A DNA stretch of 64,000 nt from Octopus vulgaris (lineage: Eukaryota): contig OX597828.1 in NCBI GenBank assembly GCA_951406725.2, positions 52,886,001-52,950,000 of the forward strand, read 5' to 3'. Below, one piece after another: positions 52,292 through 64,000 of this stretch (the stretch's first letter is position 1; each line of letters starts with the position of its first letter). Under the pieces are notes generated by a model. That model had not been told where the DNA came from, did not search any database, and saw only the letters and a list, made by a program, of their open reading frames with translations. The position numbers and the translations under genes are program-made.

Positions 52292-52560
52292 TAGATAGAT
52301 ATAGATGTATTTTAGTCACGTCACATAGTGTGTAAATGTGTTGTAATATCCGTCTATTTCGGTTGATCTTAATGCAGTTCGATGCATATGCAGTATTTAA
52401 TGCACATGTGAAATGCATCAGTTATAATATGCACCATGGCGGCGTTGATACAACATGTCCTGCTATATTTAAACATGCCACATTTCATATATATGTAAAT
52501 CAGTTTTGTCTTGTTTACCACTATAGTTACAGACTGAAATATAGCTCAGTAATGACAACA

Positions 52561-52629
<69 letters not shown>

Positions 52630-52654
52630 TACACACATATGGTTATATGCATAT

Positions 52655-53013
52655 ATACTCTTTTACTCTATTATTCGTTTCAGTCACTTGACTGCGGCCA
52701 TGCTGGATCACCGCCTTCAGTAAAACAAATCGCCCCTAGGACGTATTTGTAAGCCTAGTACTTATTTTATCGGTTTCTTTTGGCGAACCGCTAAGTTTCG
52801 GGGACATAAACATACCAGCATCGGTTGTCAAGCGATGGTGGAAAGACAGACACAAAGCCCCACACACACACATATAATTTTATATATATATACACGACGG
52901 GCTTTAATCGGCCTGAGGCTATAGCAGAAGACTCTTGCCTAAGGTGCCACACAGTGGGACTGAACCCGGAACCATGTGGTTGGGAAGAAAGCTTCTTACC
53001 ACACAGCCACGCC
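52655..53013 (-). mobile_element. SINE family A
   Basis: Reverse-complement tail, body and head. Confidence 0.85.
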
Positions 53014-53019
53014 TGAGCC

Positions 53020-53064
<45 letters not shown>

Positions 53065-53938
53065 CTCCCCCTCCCTCCTTCACATTTTGTATCTGTCTCT
53101 CTCTACCACTCTTGTTTTTTTTTCTCTCTCTCTCGTTGCTCACACGTGACCATCGTCCATCATTCTTTTCCTCACGTGACCATCTTTCTTTTCTTGCACG
53201 GACGTTTAAAAGAGTGGACGTGTTTTCTCTCTCTCTCTATGTTTTCCCTTTTCAAAAAATGTTTCTCCCACCGTTCACTATTTTCCTCTCGTTCTGGTCT
53301 AACGACCCACCCCGCTATGTTTGTTTTCGTTCGGTTTCCTTGTGTGTCTCCACTGTCATTTTTTTTTGTTCCCAGCTTTGACCGTCCGTAAATCCTAAAT
53401 TTCATTTTAGAATTTATGGGAGCAACTCTTCGGTAACTCATATTGTCGATAGATGCTCGAAATGAGAAGTATATAGACAGCCGACAACTGATGACGAGTC
53501 CTTTCTCTGTATTTATTTGTCCTGTTTTCCATTTTTTTCTCGTTGACGTATTTCCTGTCGTTTGCACTGTTGGTGACGTCCTGTTCCCATATATACATGT
53601 ACATAAATATATGTATATATATACACGCACACAGACATATGTATGTATACGCAAGTTGATAAAGCTGTCTGATGTTTTCAGTGAGAAACGTAGATTTAAC
53701 TACATACAAAATTATACGCACATATATACGTATTCGCACGCCCATATATTCTTCATTCTTTCATTGTTTTTCTTCTTTCAATCACTGGACACAGGTCACG
53801 CTGGTGCACTGCTTTGAAGGGTTTAATCGATGGAATCGACCCAGACATTTATTATATGTATGTTACATACCATATCGGTCGTTTGCCGAACTGCCAGATT
53901 ACGGCCACACATACAATCTATCACCTAAACGGTGAAAG

Positions 53939-53975
<37 letters not shown>

Positions 53976-55828
53976 ATGCTTGTGTTACCACTTCATAGGA
54001 AGATGGTGAAGTCGTTTAGACAAAAGGGACTTAAAAGGCAAAATATCAGTGTCCCCATGGCGGAAAAATAATTCATTTTGTCGGCCTGATTGCTTTCCTA
54101 GAAACATTCCCTTCGATCATATTTAGATACGTATATACTGTATTATAATGCTATGTATGTATGTATGTATGTATTTATGTATGTATTCTTGGTTTGATGC
54201 TTGTAGTCAATTTCTTTTACGCCAATGTCTCTGAATCAATCGGTGCCAATGAAATAAGTACCACTCTAAGGAGATATATAATCTTAAAATCCTCCAAATT
54301 CGAGGACACCAGAATCGGGACTCCAGAATGACTGCTGAGCAAAGAAAGAAATACAATACACACGCTCTCACACATTAAAATGTTGAATACACAATAGTGT
54401 TAAAAGTGTTTTCAGTCTGAAGTATATTTATTCCAGTGTAAGACAAAGCACGTTTCCGTATCCCAACCATAATTTCATTTAATAAATAAATTGCTCCGAT
54501 CTTTACGTCATCGAACAGAGAATAAATTACTAAAATATCGGCTTAGGCTGTGTTCTAAGGCGGGTGAACGGCTTTTGAGTCCTGGTGGATTACGCATTGA
54601 TGTAGGATGGGGTGCGATTAAGTTGGTGAATGAGATCTTATTAATATGAGTTTAGTTTTAGTGAGATCCCCTGAAAGGGTACGGTTGGTAGGTTCGCTTC
54701 AGCTCTCTCCTCTGGAACTGAATTTGTAGTACATTGGAATAACAACTTCTCTCAGGGTCTCATCTCTACGGTTACTCAAGCTACAGGTATTTTAGAAACG
54801 GCTCAAGGTACCGGCCTACAATAATGTCATTAACCGAGCATTGTAGTTCATTGACCAGGAACAAGCCTTCTAGTTCACAGATTGTCACATCAGAGTCGCT
54901 TTATTTCAAATCGTTTAAATCTCTGAATATTTCAATCAACCTATTTTCGAGGAATTATTTCCCCTGCCAGTAAAATTTTTCTTTTTCGTATTGATTGTTC
55001 GATATATCTGAGGTTATCGAATGCTTTTAACCTACTATTGTTAGATTCTGCCATAGATGTGTTTAGTATGCAGAACGCGTCCTTGAATTATTCTTCATAG
55101 CCATATCGTTGATATTCAATATTTCACCATATATATATATAAAGCGGCGAGCTGGTAAAATCGTTAGCGCACCTGAAAAAATGCTTAGCGGCATCTCGTC
55201 TATTTTTACGTTCTGAGTTCAAATGCTGCCGAGGTCGGCTTTGCCTTTCCTCTTTTCCAGGTCCATAAAATAAGTACTGCCGGAGCCTCATGGAGCTTTA
55301 GGTGTTTTCACTTAATAAATACTCACAATACCCGGTCTGGGAATCGAAGCCGCGATCCTACGACCGTGAGTCCGCTGCCCTAACCACTGGGCAATTGCGA
55401 CTCCACGCAGTTGCTATACTGCTCATAAATTACACTCAGTTGATTTTAATGGTGTTTCTTCCCTTGCTTGTTCTTTTTAGATTTAATACACCTTGTAAAG
55501 GAAATTTTTTTCCATTAATTTCTATCGTAAACATTCTACTGGATACGGGAGACCCGACAATATCCTTTGTGCCTATTGTGATATAGAAATCATCTGCTCG
55601 ACACGTTTTAATCCAGCAAGCATCCTTGTTTATATATATAATGACCTAAAGGAGATTTTGTGGGATTTCGAGAGGTCAGTGAAATAAAGATCCAGCTCTA
55701 AACCGGGGTCAGTAAATGTAGTAACAAGAGCCTAAACTCCCGTTAATCTCTCAAGTTCGCAGAGACGCGGAGAGATTGGTTAGTTGATCGAGCCGATTAG
55801 ATTATCAATAAACATAAGTGTAATTGAG

Positions 55829-56254
55829 GGATCTTTTCGGTTTGAACGGCAATTTTTCTAGCGGTGTCATATGAAATTGTCACCCATAATTATGACCCTA
55901 GTATCGATCTATTGCATTTCAATCTGTTTTAGGATTAGGGTTAGTTAGGGTTAGGGGTGGGGGGAAGGATATCTTTTTTCTTCAGAAATGTAAATAAACC
56001 CAATCTGTTTCCTAAACGAGGGACATATTCATACAGCACACAATGTTTTCACCTCAATAGACGTCATTGATTGGTTGAAATTGCAGAAATTGAAGAAAAA
56101 AAACAACAAATATCTTACAAACTATAGAATTTTCTGAATAAAGCCAAGAGAAAAAGATGTTTTATAAACACATTCTACCAGTATACGAAGTTTAAAAGTG
56201 TTTAGTTACGTGGAAATTTATTTTTAAAAACTGCCGTTCAAACCGAAAAGATCC
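55829..56254. mobile_element. MITE with perfect 23-bp TIRs, 7-8 bp TSD and internal TTAGGG repeats
   Basis: GGATCTTTTCGGTTTGAACGGCA / TGCCGTTCAAACCGAAAAGATCC; flanks TAATTGAG and GAATTGAG. Confidence 0.92.
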
Positions 56255-56404
56255 GAATTGAGTAGTTACGAAATTTTAGTTTTATATCGATTCGGTGTGA
56301 GACTGGTACTTTATGCTATCGCGCACGAAGTTATATGAAAGATAAGGTCGACTAATAAACAAGAATACCAGGAAAGTAACGTAATAAACGTCACAATAAA
56401 CAAT

Positions 56405-56820
56405 AAGGCGGCGAGCTGGCAGAAACGTTAGCGCGCCGGACGAAATGCTTGGCAGTTTTTCGTCTGCCGTTACGTCCTGAGTTCAAATTCCGACGAGGTC
56501 GACTTTGCCTTTCATCCTTTCGGGGTCGATTAAATAAGTACCAGTTACGCACTGGGGTCAATATAATCGACTTAATCCGTTTGTCTGTCCTTGTTTGTCC
56601 CCTCTGTGTTTAGCCTCTTGTGGGTAGTAAAGAAATGGGTACTTCGTCTGACGTTACATTCTGAGTGCAAATTCCGCTGAGGTCGACTTTGCCTTTCATC
56701 ATTTCGGGGTCGATAAATTAAGTACCAGTTACGCACTGGGGTCGATGTAATCGACTTAATCCCTTTGTCTGTCCTTGTTTGTCCCCTCTATGTTTAGTCC
56801 CTTGAGGGTAATAAAGAAAT
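56405..56820 (+). mobile_element. SINE family B dimer with a TSD of about 23 bp
   Basis: Two bodies; AAGTAACGTAATAAACG(T/C)CACAA at 56374-56396 and 56821-56843. Confidence 0.92.
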
Positions 56821-57271
56821 AAGTAACGTAATAAACGCCACAAAATCATTGACTTCTTTTAAATTAAATAAAGAACAAAAATATCCATAAACACGATGAG
56901 TATTGATAGTTTGTAGAAATCAATCAGAAAATGACTGAGTGACATTATGTATTAACAGAAATTGGCGGGATTGTCACAGCTGAAATGATTTTAACTTAAA
57001 TCCGCTCGGGCTGGGATAACCAGGAAATAAAATTAGCGAGCCAATGGGGTGGCTTCAACGTAGTAATGCAATCTGCAAAATATAGCAGCGAAATCTCCCT
57101 CAAGTCATATCCAGCTAGCTTAAAACTAAAGGCACATATCTGATAATGTCGTTCGGAGTTTCCTATACACAGGAAATCGGCAGCATGGTCGTGGCTGGAA
57201 TGTTTGCTCGATCGAAGACTGAATTATAATAATAATTTCCATTGATTTTATTAATACTCTCTCTCTCTCTT

Positions 57272-57303
<32 letters not shown>

Positions 57304-57460
57304 ATTCGGTCTACACACGCTCTACTTCTCTTCCTCTTTTTCTCCCCATACATACTTCTCCGCCAATCTCTCATTTTCTCTCTCTCTCTTTCTGTCTCTC
57401 CATCACTCTCTCCGTGTCACAGCCAACAAATGAATTATTTTCCCTCACCCTATTTCCAGT

Positions 57461-57492
<32 letters not shown>

Positions 57493-57500
57493 CCCCTCTC

Positions 57501-57537
<37 letters not shown>

Positions 57538-57544
57538 TTCTATA

Positions 57545-57603
<59 letters not shown>

Positions 57604-57974
57604 TTATCTATCTATCTATCTAAGTATTTATCTATCTCTGTCTCACAAACCTCCTCAATATCTCCTCTTACCGTACATCCTACTCTCTAAACCAGAACCA
57701 CAACCGTATCTCTCTCATTTCCCTTCCTCCTACTTCCCCCAAATTCACTTCTGCCAACAAATCCCACCTTACTGACAATCCAGCGAAACAGATTTCACCA
57801 GACTCTAACTCCTCCTACTCCTCAATCTGCAAACTCACTTCTTCCATCAATCCCTCCTACACTCGTCTTTCAATCGCTTTTCTTATTTCCCTATCGCACA
57901 TCTTCCTTTCTACCTGCAATCTGCAATTCGCCGACCAGCTTCAGTCGCTTTCTTTCTTACTGTCTTTCATTCTG

Positions 57975-58058
<84 letters not shown>

Positions 58059-58210
58059 CGTAACTGTCTGTTTACTAATTGTCTATCAACCTGTCTGTCT
58101 ACGTATATTTCTTTCTACCAAACTTTCAATATACCTGTCTGTATAACTGCCCACTTTTCTATCTATCAATCTGTGTGTCAATCTGTCTGTCTGTTTGTCT
58201 ATATACGCAT

Positions 58211-58372
58211 AGGCGCAAGAGTGGCTATGTGGTAAGAAGCTTGCTTCCAAACTACATGGTTCCGGGTTCAGTCCCACTGCGTAGCAACTTGGACAAGTGC
58301 CTTCTGCTATAACCACGGGCCGACCAAAACCTTGTGAGTGGATTTGGTTGACGGAAACTGAAAGAAACGCGT

Positions 58373-58449
<77 letters not shown>

Positions 58450-58597
58450 ATATTTGTGCGTCTGTGTTTGTCCCCCCATCATCGCTTGACAACCGATGTT
58501 GGTGTGTTTGTGTCTCCGTAACATAGCGATTCGGCAAGAGACCGATAGAATTGGTACTAGGCTTATTCGATTAGGATTTGTTTGATTAAAGGCAGTG
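58211..58597 (+). mobile_element. SINE family A
   Basis: Head AGGCGCAAGAGTGGCTATGTGG and body. Confidence 0.85.
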
Positions 58598-58783
58598 CTT
58601 TATCTACCTATGTACCTATCTATCTATGTACCTCTCTATCTATCTCCCTGTCTACCTATCTACCTATCTGTTCTATTTATTATCTGTGTATCTATTTATA
58701 TATTCTTTCAGTTCGTATGTATATCTATTTATTCATATAACTTTTGTTTCTTAATCCATTTAGCTATCAGTCTATCTGTCTAT

Positions 58784-58818
<35 letters not shown>

Positions 58819-59108
58819 AGTATACATATGAGTACGTGTGTGTGTATGTATGTTAATGCCTCGTTAATATGTTCTAACAAAGTTGGAACATGGATATTGC
58901 TTTTATGAGTTGGCTTTAAAGAGACACTTCACTCCTTAATGCATTACTTTTATGTTAAAAAATGTCCATAAGGCGAGTTAACTTCTGTGGTTGTTTTAGA
59001 TTTTAAGCACCCACGGAGGGAATTTTTAACTTAGAATTTACTTCTAATTTCTGTAAAATTTATCATGTTCTTTAAGACGCTGAAGTAGTTCACCCACAAC
59101 GATATTGC

Positions 59109-59142
<34 letters not shown>

Positions 59143-60391
59143 ATAGATCAGGATTTAAGTGAATCAAGCACTTAACTGGTAAGGCACCGGTTTTTTCTAA
59201 TGATGTAATGTCTTCATTAAGCAATTAAAAATACGTTCGAAACAGCTGTAGTTAATTGACATATCCATCTGCTGTTATTCATTCGTATGTGTGTGTGTGT
59301 GTGGACAGGTAGGTAGATAGATAGATAGCGTGCGTGTGTGTTTCACTGACAATATTCGAAGTTTGTGGACAATCTAATTTGTGATGAAGTCCACAAATAT
59401 ATAGAGAGAAGTATGACAGGAGGTCAATTGAAACAACTGTATTCACATTCATATTACACTTCTCTATCTTTCAGAAGTGAAGAATGCTACAAAATTTTCC
59501 AAATTTTTCTAACAACTGTAGAAAAGAAAACCGTTTTTATTAATTTCCTCATGAAATGAAAGATCTTTAAGAGTATCGAACTTTGTAATTAAAGGAGTAA
59601 AATTGTTATTAATTTGTAGATGAGATGTGCTTCATTCTTAGGAAGCTTCATATTTTGCTATAGCAATACAAGATCTGAGCAGTTCACATAGTATTACCAC
59701 ATTTATAAGTTTCTTTTGAGAGAACAGGAATTTTTTTGAACTACCAGTCTGGAAAATTTTATATTTCGAAAATGAGTTTAATAGGAGTTCAGTTGCAACA
59801 TCATTTAGAATTGTCACTGAGGATAATTTCAAGACATCATTCTCAATCAGTGAACAACAATAAGTGTTTGTTTCAAACAAATCTTGGCAATGATAGTTTT
59901 TGGAACAATGACGATGTAAACATTCTCCTCGCAAATCGAAAATTATTTCTGAATAAAAACAGGATTTAAGATTGCATACATGTATAGCAGAAGAAATGGT
60001 TTTATATGTTCCACATTCACAAATTTATAAAGGAAAAAATAATAGGAATTATTTAAATTGTTTCGCTAGCATTGAATCAGATATAAATGCACATATTACA
60101 CAGGCGTTTATGATTCTCTTGTTATTCGTTCAAATATAATCTATAGTTAATCCAGCTTCTACAACTGAATCATACAATTATGTTTATAGAAACAAGGATA
60201 CATTTTTCAGATCTATGTATTGATGTGAAGTAAGGCATATGTAATGCTAAACAAAATGCTAGAATGTCGATCCTTGCACATGCAAATTAATAACAAATAA
60301 CTACACAGACAGTGTTCCCAAGAACAGGCAGCACGACTTTAAAAGTCCATTAGAAGAAGATAGTAGATCAGTGTGTGCGTGTTTGTGTGCA

Positions 60392-60448
<57 letters not shown>

Positions 60449-60469
60449 ATATATATATATATATATATA

Positions 60470-60917
60470 TACTCTTTTACTCTTTTACATGTTTCAGTCA
60501 TTTGACTGCGGCCATGCTGGAGCACCGCCTTTAGTCGAGCAACTCGACTCCGGGACTTATTCTTTGTAAGCCCACTACTTATTCTATCGGTCTCTTTTGC
60601 CGAACCGCTAAGTGACGGGGACGTAAACACACCAGCATTGGTTGTCAAGCAATACTAGGGGGACAAACACACACACACAAACACATACATACATATACAT
60701 ATATATACACATATACGACAGGCTTCTTTCAGTTTCCGTCTACCAAATCCACTCACAAGGCATTGGTCGGCCCGGGGCTATAGCAGAAGACACTTGCCCA
60801 AGATGCCACGCAGTGGGACTGAACCCGGAACCATGTGGTTGGTTACCAAGCTACTTACCACACAGCCACTCCTGCGCCTACAGCAAGCTACTTACCACAC
60901 ATCCACTCCTGCGCCTA
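60470..60917 (-). mobile_element. SINE family A with duplicated 5' head
   Basis: CAAGCTACTTACCACACA(G/T)CCACTCCTGCGCCTA occurs twice in tandem. Confidence 0.92.
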
Positions 60918-60918
60918 C

Positions 60919-60949
<31 letters not shown>

Positions 60950-61437
60950 TTATTATTATTATTATTATTGAGTGAGAGTAGAGCAAGCCTTCAAAGTGGC
61001 GTTATATACGAAGCCCAGTATACCCATCACGGCTACCCCTTTGATAAGGGCACACCAGGCACATGCATCACAATCATATGTGCGTAACATGGTGATACTT
61101 ATATCAAAATAAACAGCGCGTTACCTTGCAGGTGAGGCCCAGTTAGAATTTCTTTTAGGTCGAATAGCCTATCCCGCTCAAAAGGCCCTTGAATAAAGTT
61201 AGTTTTAGGCTGATGAATGAAACACCTTTGTTTCCAGAGAAGAATTACTCAAATCCCTCAAAATGCTTTTCAGTACATGGCTCTGATGTTCATGCACTAT
61301 TCTTGATCGTGATCAGAGATGCACATATCGTCAGCTACTACAGGATAAGCTCAACTGGTTAAGGTCAAACAAATGACAGGCAAATCTATGGTACTGAGCA
61401 GAATATTTACTATACACTCAATTTTTACACCAAGACT

Positions 61438-61852
61438 GAGTGGCTGTGTAGTAAGTAGCTTGCTTACCAACCACATGGTCCCAGGTTCAGTCCCACTGCG
61501 TGTCACCTTGGGCAAGTGACTTCTACTATAGCCTCGGGCCGACCAAAGCTTTGTGGGTGGATTTGGTAGACGGAAACTGAAAGAAGCCCGTCGCATATAT
61601 ATATATATATATATATGGGTGTGTATATGTTTATGTGTTTGTGTGTCTGTGTTTGTCCCCCCAACATCGCTTGACAACAGATGCTGGTGTGTTTACGTCT
61701 CCGTCACTTAGCCGTTCAGCAAGAGAAACTGATAGAATAAGTATTAGGCTTACAAAGAATAAGTCCTGGGGTCGATTTGCTCGACTAAAGGCGGTGCTCC
61801 AGCATGACCGCAGACAAACGACTGGAACAAATAAACGAATAAAAGAATGAAA
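61438..61852 (+). mobile_element. SINE family A
   Basis: Head through tail. Confidence 0.9.
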
Positions 61853-61975
61853 GAATGTATATAGCACTTCTAATCAGTTCAGATCAGCAGCCACGAGAGA
61901 CACTGAATGGTGCAACATCAGGGCATTTACTATTATTGTTATTATCATTTAAAAACTCGGTCTCACGCATGAGGA

Positions 61976-62031
<56 letters not shown>

Positions 62032-62489
62032 ATGTTTATATATACATACAGTAATGTGCTCAAGCTCAGTTATTCAAGTTTCGGTCCCATTGCATCATAT
62101 GATAAACACGCATTTTTATTATAATCTCGAACGGATATAGAAGTTGTAAGTGAAATTAATTGATAGCAAAGTGTGGAGATGCCCTTCCAATGGATCGTAC
62201 AGATTATATACACAAGTAGTCAAGCAGATTCTGCTTAGAAATTGCATTAGCGGTACACTGATATGCGGCACGCTAAACCACTTTATACATTAATTCAATG
62301 AATAAATCCTTCATCGAAAGAACTGGACAGTCACATGTCAAATTAGACCAAGGTTTTCATCATCCCCATCACCGTAAATATCTGTTGTATGTGCGTGTGC
62401 ATAAATAAACAAAGACACACACACACATACACATAATATATTCCATCAAAAACTTTCACGGTGTGTCAAATTAATATATTCACTGTGTA

Positions 62490-62835
62490 AAGCGGCGAGC
62501 TGGCAGAAACGTTAGCACGCCGGGCGAAATGCGTAACTGTATTTCGTCTGCCGTTACGTTCTGAGTTCAAATTCCACCGAGGTCGACTTTGCCTTTCCTC
62601 CTTTCGGGGTCGATAAATTAAGTACCAGTTACGCACTGGAGTCGATATAATCGACTTAATCCGTTTGTCTGTCCCTGTTTGTCCCCTCTGTGTTTAGCCC
62701 CTTGTGGGCAATAAAGAAATAAGAATCGTTAGCTTGCCGGGTAAAATGCTTGGCATTATATTCGTCTTTACGTTCTGAGTTCAAATTCCACCGAGATCGA
62801 TTTCGCTTTTCATCGCTTCGTAATCGATAAAATAA
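62490..62835 (+). mobile_element. SINE family B plus a partial second unit
   Basis: Full monomer to 62720 followed by a diverged head. Confidence 0.88.
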
Positions 62836-63053
62836 GTTTGTCATCAGACTGCAGCCATATTGGAGCACAACGTTTAGTCGAACAAATCGACCCCCAGGAC
62901 GTATTCTTTGTAAGCTTGGTACTTATTCTATCGGACTTTTTTGCTGAACTGCTAGATAACGGGGACGCAAACACACCATCATCGGTTGTCAAGTGATGGA
63001 GGGTGGACAAACAGACATAAAGACACACACACACACTATATATATATATATAT

Positions 63054-63094
<41 letters not shown>

Positions 63095-63098
<4 letters not shown>

Positions 63099-64000
63099 AA
63101 GCAGCCTGATCAAGCATCTCAAATGTGGCGAGAAGTATCACCTGGAGAGATTGCTATTGAAAATTGGGAAACGTCTGCATGAGTCTCATGAAAAGGGGAG
63201 AGCAAAAAAAAGAAGCTTGGGTTATAGAAATTATCAAGTCAATCCCTAAAGCTTTCTTTAAGTTTACGAAAGAAACAGCCTCAGTACGCCACAAGATAGG
63301 ACTCCTCTTCCAAAAAGATGGCTCCCTCACAGGAAACCCCATGAGGGTAAGTGAAATACTGAACGAACGGTTCCAAAGTTTGTTCACTCCCATTTTGGAA
63401 CAGGGGCAAGTGAACAAACCAGTGGAATTTTTAGCCACATTATCTAAAACCAAAGAGGTTTTAAAATTGTGTACATAAACCATAGATGAGGTTGACACAA
63501 ACTCAGCAGCTGGCCCGGATGGGTTTCCAGCAGTCCTACTCAAATCATGCAAGTGAGCTCTTACAAAACCATTGCAGCTTTCTCTTCCAGAGCTTCCTTG
63601 CAAGTGGTAAGCTCCCAGACAAACTGAAGGAAGGGATAATATGCCCTATCCATAAGGGAGGAAGCAGAGCAGATGCTAAAAATTATAGGCCTGTCTTCCT
63701 GACCTCAGACATCATTAAAGTCATGAAATGATTAGTCCGCAAGAAACTAATCACGTTCCTAGAAGAAAATGACTTGCTGACTGACACCCAGCATGGATTT
63801 TGTCCAGGTAGAAGCCGTCTGACACAGCTCCTGCAACACTACGACTGGTTGTTGAAACAGCTACTGAATGACTCAAGCGTGGATGTGTTATATTTCGACT
63901 TTGTAAAAGCCTTTGATAAAGTTGACCATGGCATGATATGTCACAAACTGCGCGATCTCGGCTTATGCGGAAAACTTGGAGAATGGCTGCACAACTTTCT
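63095..64000 (+). mobile_element. CR1-type LINE ORF2 pseudogene (tether and RT domain), continues beyond the window
   Basis: AAGPDG, ICPIHKGGS...KNYRPVFLTS, QHGF...RSRLTQLL and YFDFVKAFDKVDH motifs, with stops and frameshifts. Confidence 0.93.

Noticed and set aside
53488-53510. CTGATGA hammerhead-like start (similar cases at about 7742 and 61210, and near 38-44 on -)
   Set aside because: No correctly placed GAAA with supporting helices.
59638-59969. Overlapping ORFs in an AT-rich unique region
   Set aside because: No motifs, no clear splice signals, and lengths compatible with chance.

Overview
This is repeat-saturated eukaryotic genomic DNA with no host protein-coding gene I can support. 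It is most likely an octopus (coleoid cephalopod) intron or intergenic region; that is an inference from the tRNA-derived SINE families and the extreme (TA)n/(CA)n/tri- and tetranucleotide microsatellite load. Nearly all ORFs in the track are microsatellite or SINE translations. Real coding remnants all come from mobile elements: four Tc1/mariner transposase relics plus a mariner MITE, three CR1-type LINE fragments, one RTE-type LINE 3' end with a 10-bp TSD, and a Penelope-like GIY-YIG fragment. The most interesting hidden layer is about a dozen type I hammerhead-ribozyme-like motifs (CUGANGA...GAAA-palindrome-UH) from several unrelated sequence families. Several sit in long fold-back (palindromic) Penelope-type terminal-repeat remnants inserted into (TA)n tracts. 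Other oddities: SINE dimers and a trimer with a fixed junction and a single flanking TSD, two 114-193 bp direct duplications flanking inserts, a mariner built from two inverted 5' ends, TIR elements carrying TTAGGG repeats, and an inverted repeat whose substitutions favour G-U pairs on one strand. All alignments and folds were done by eye and boundaries are approximate.
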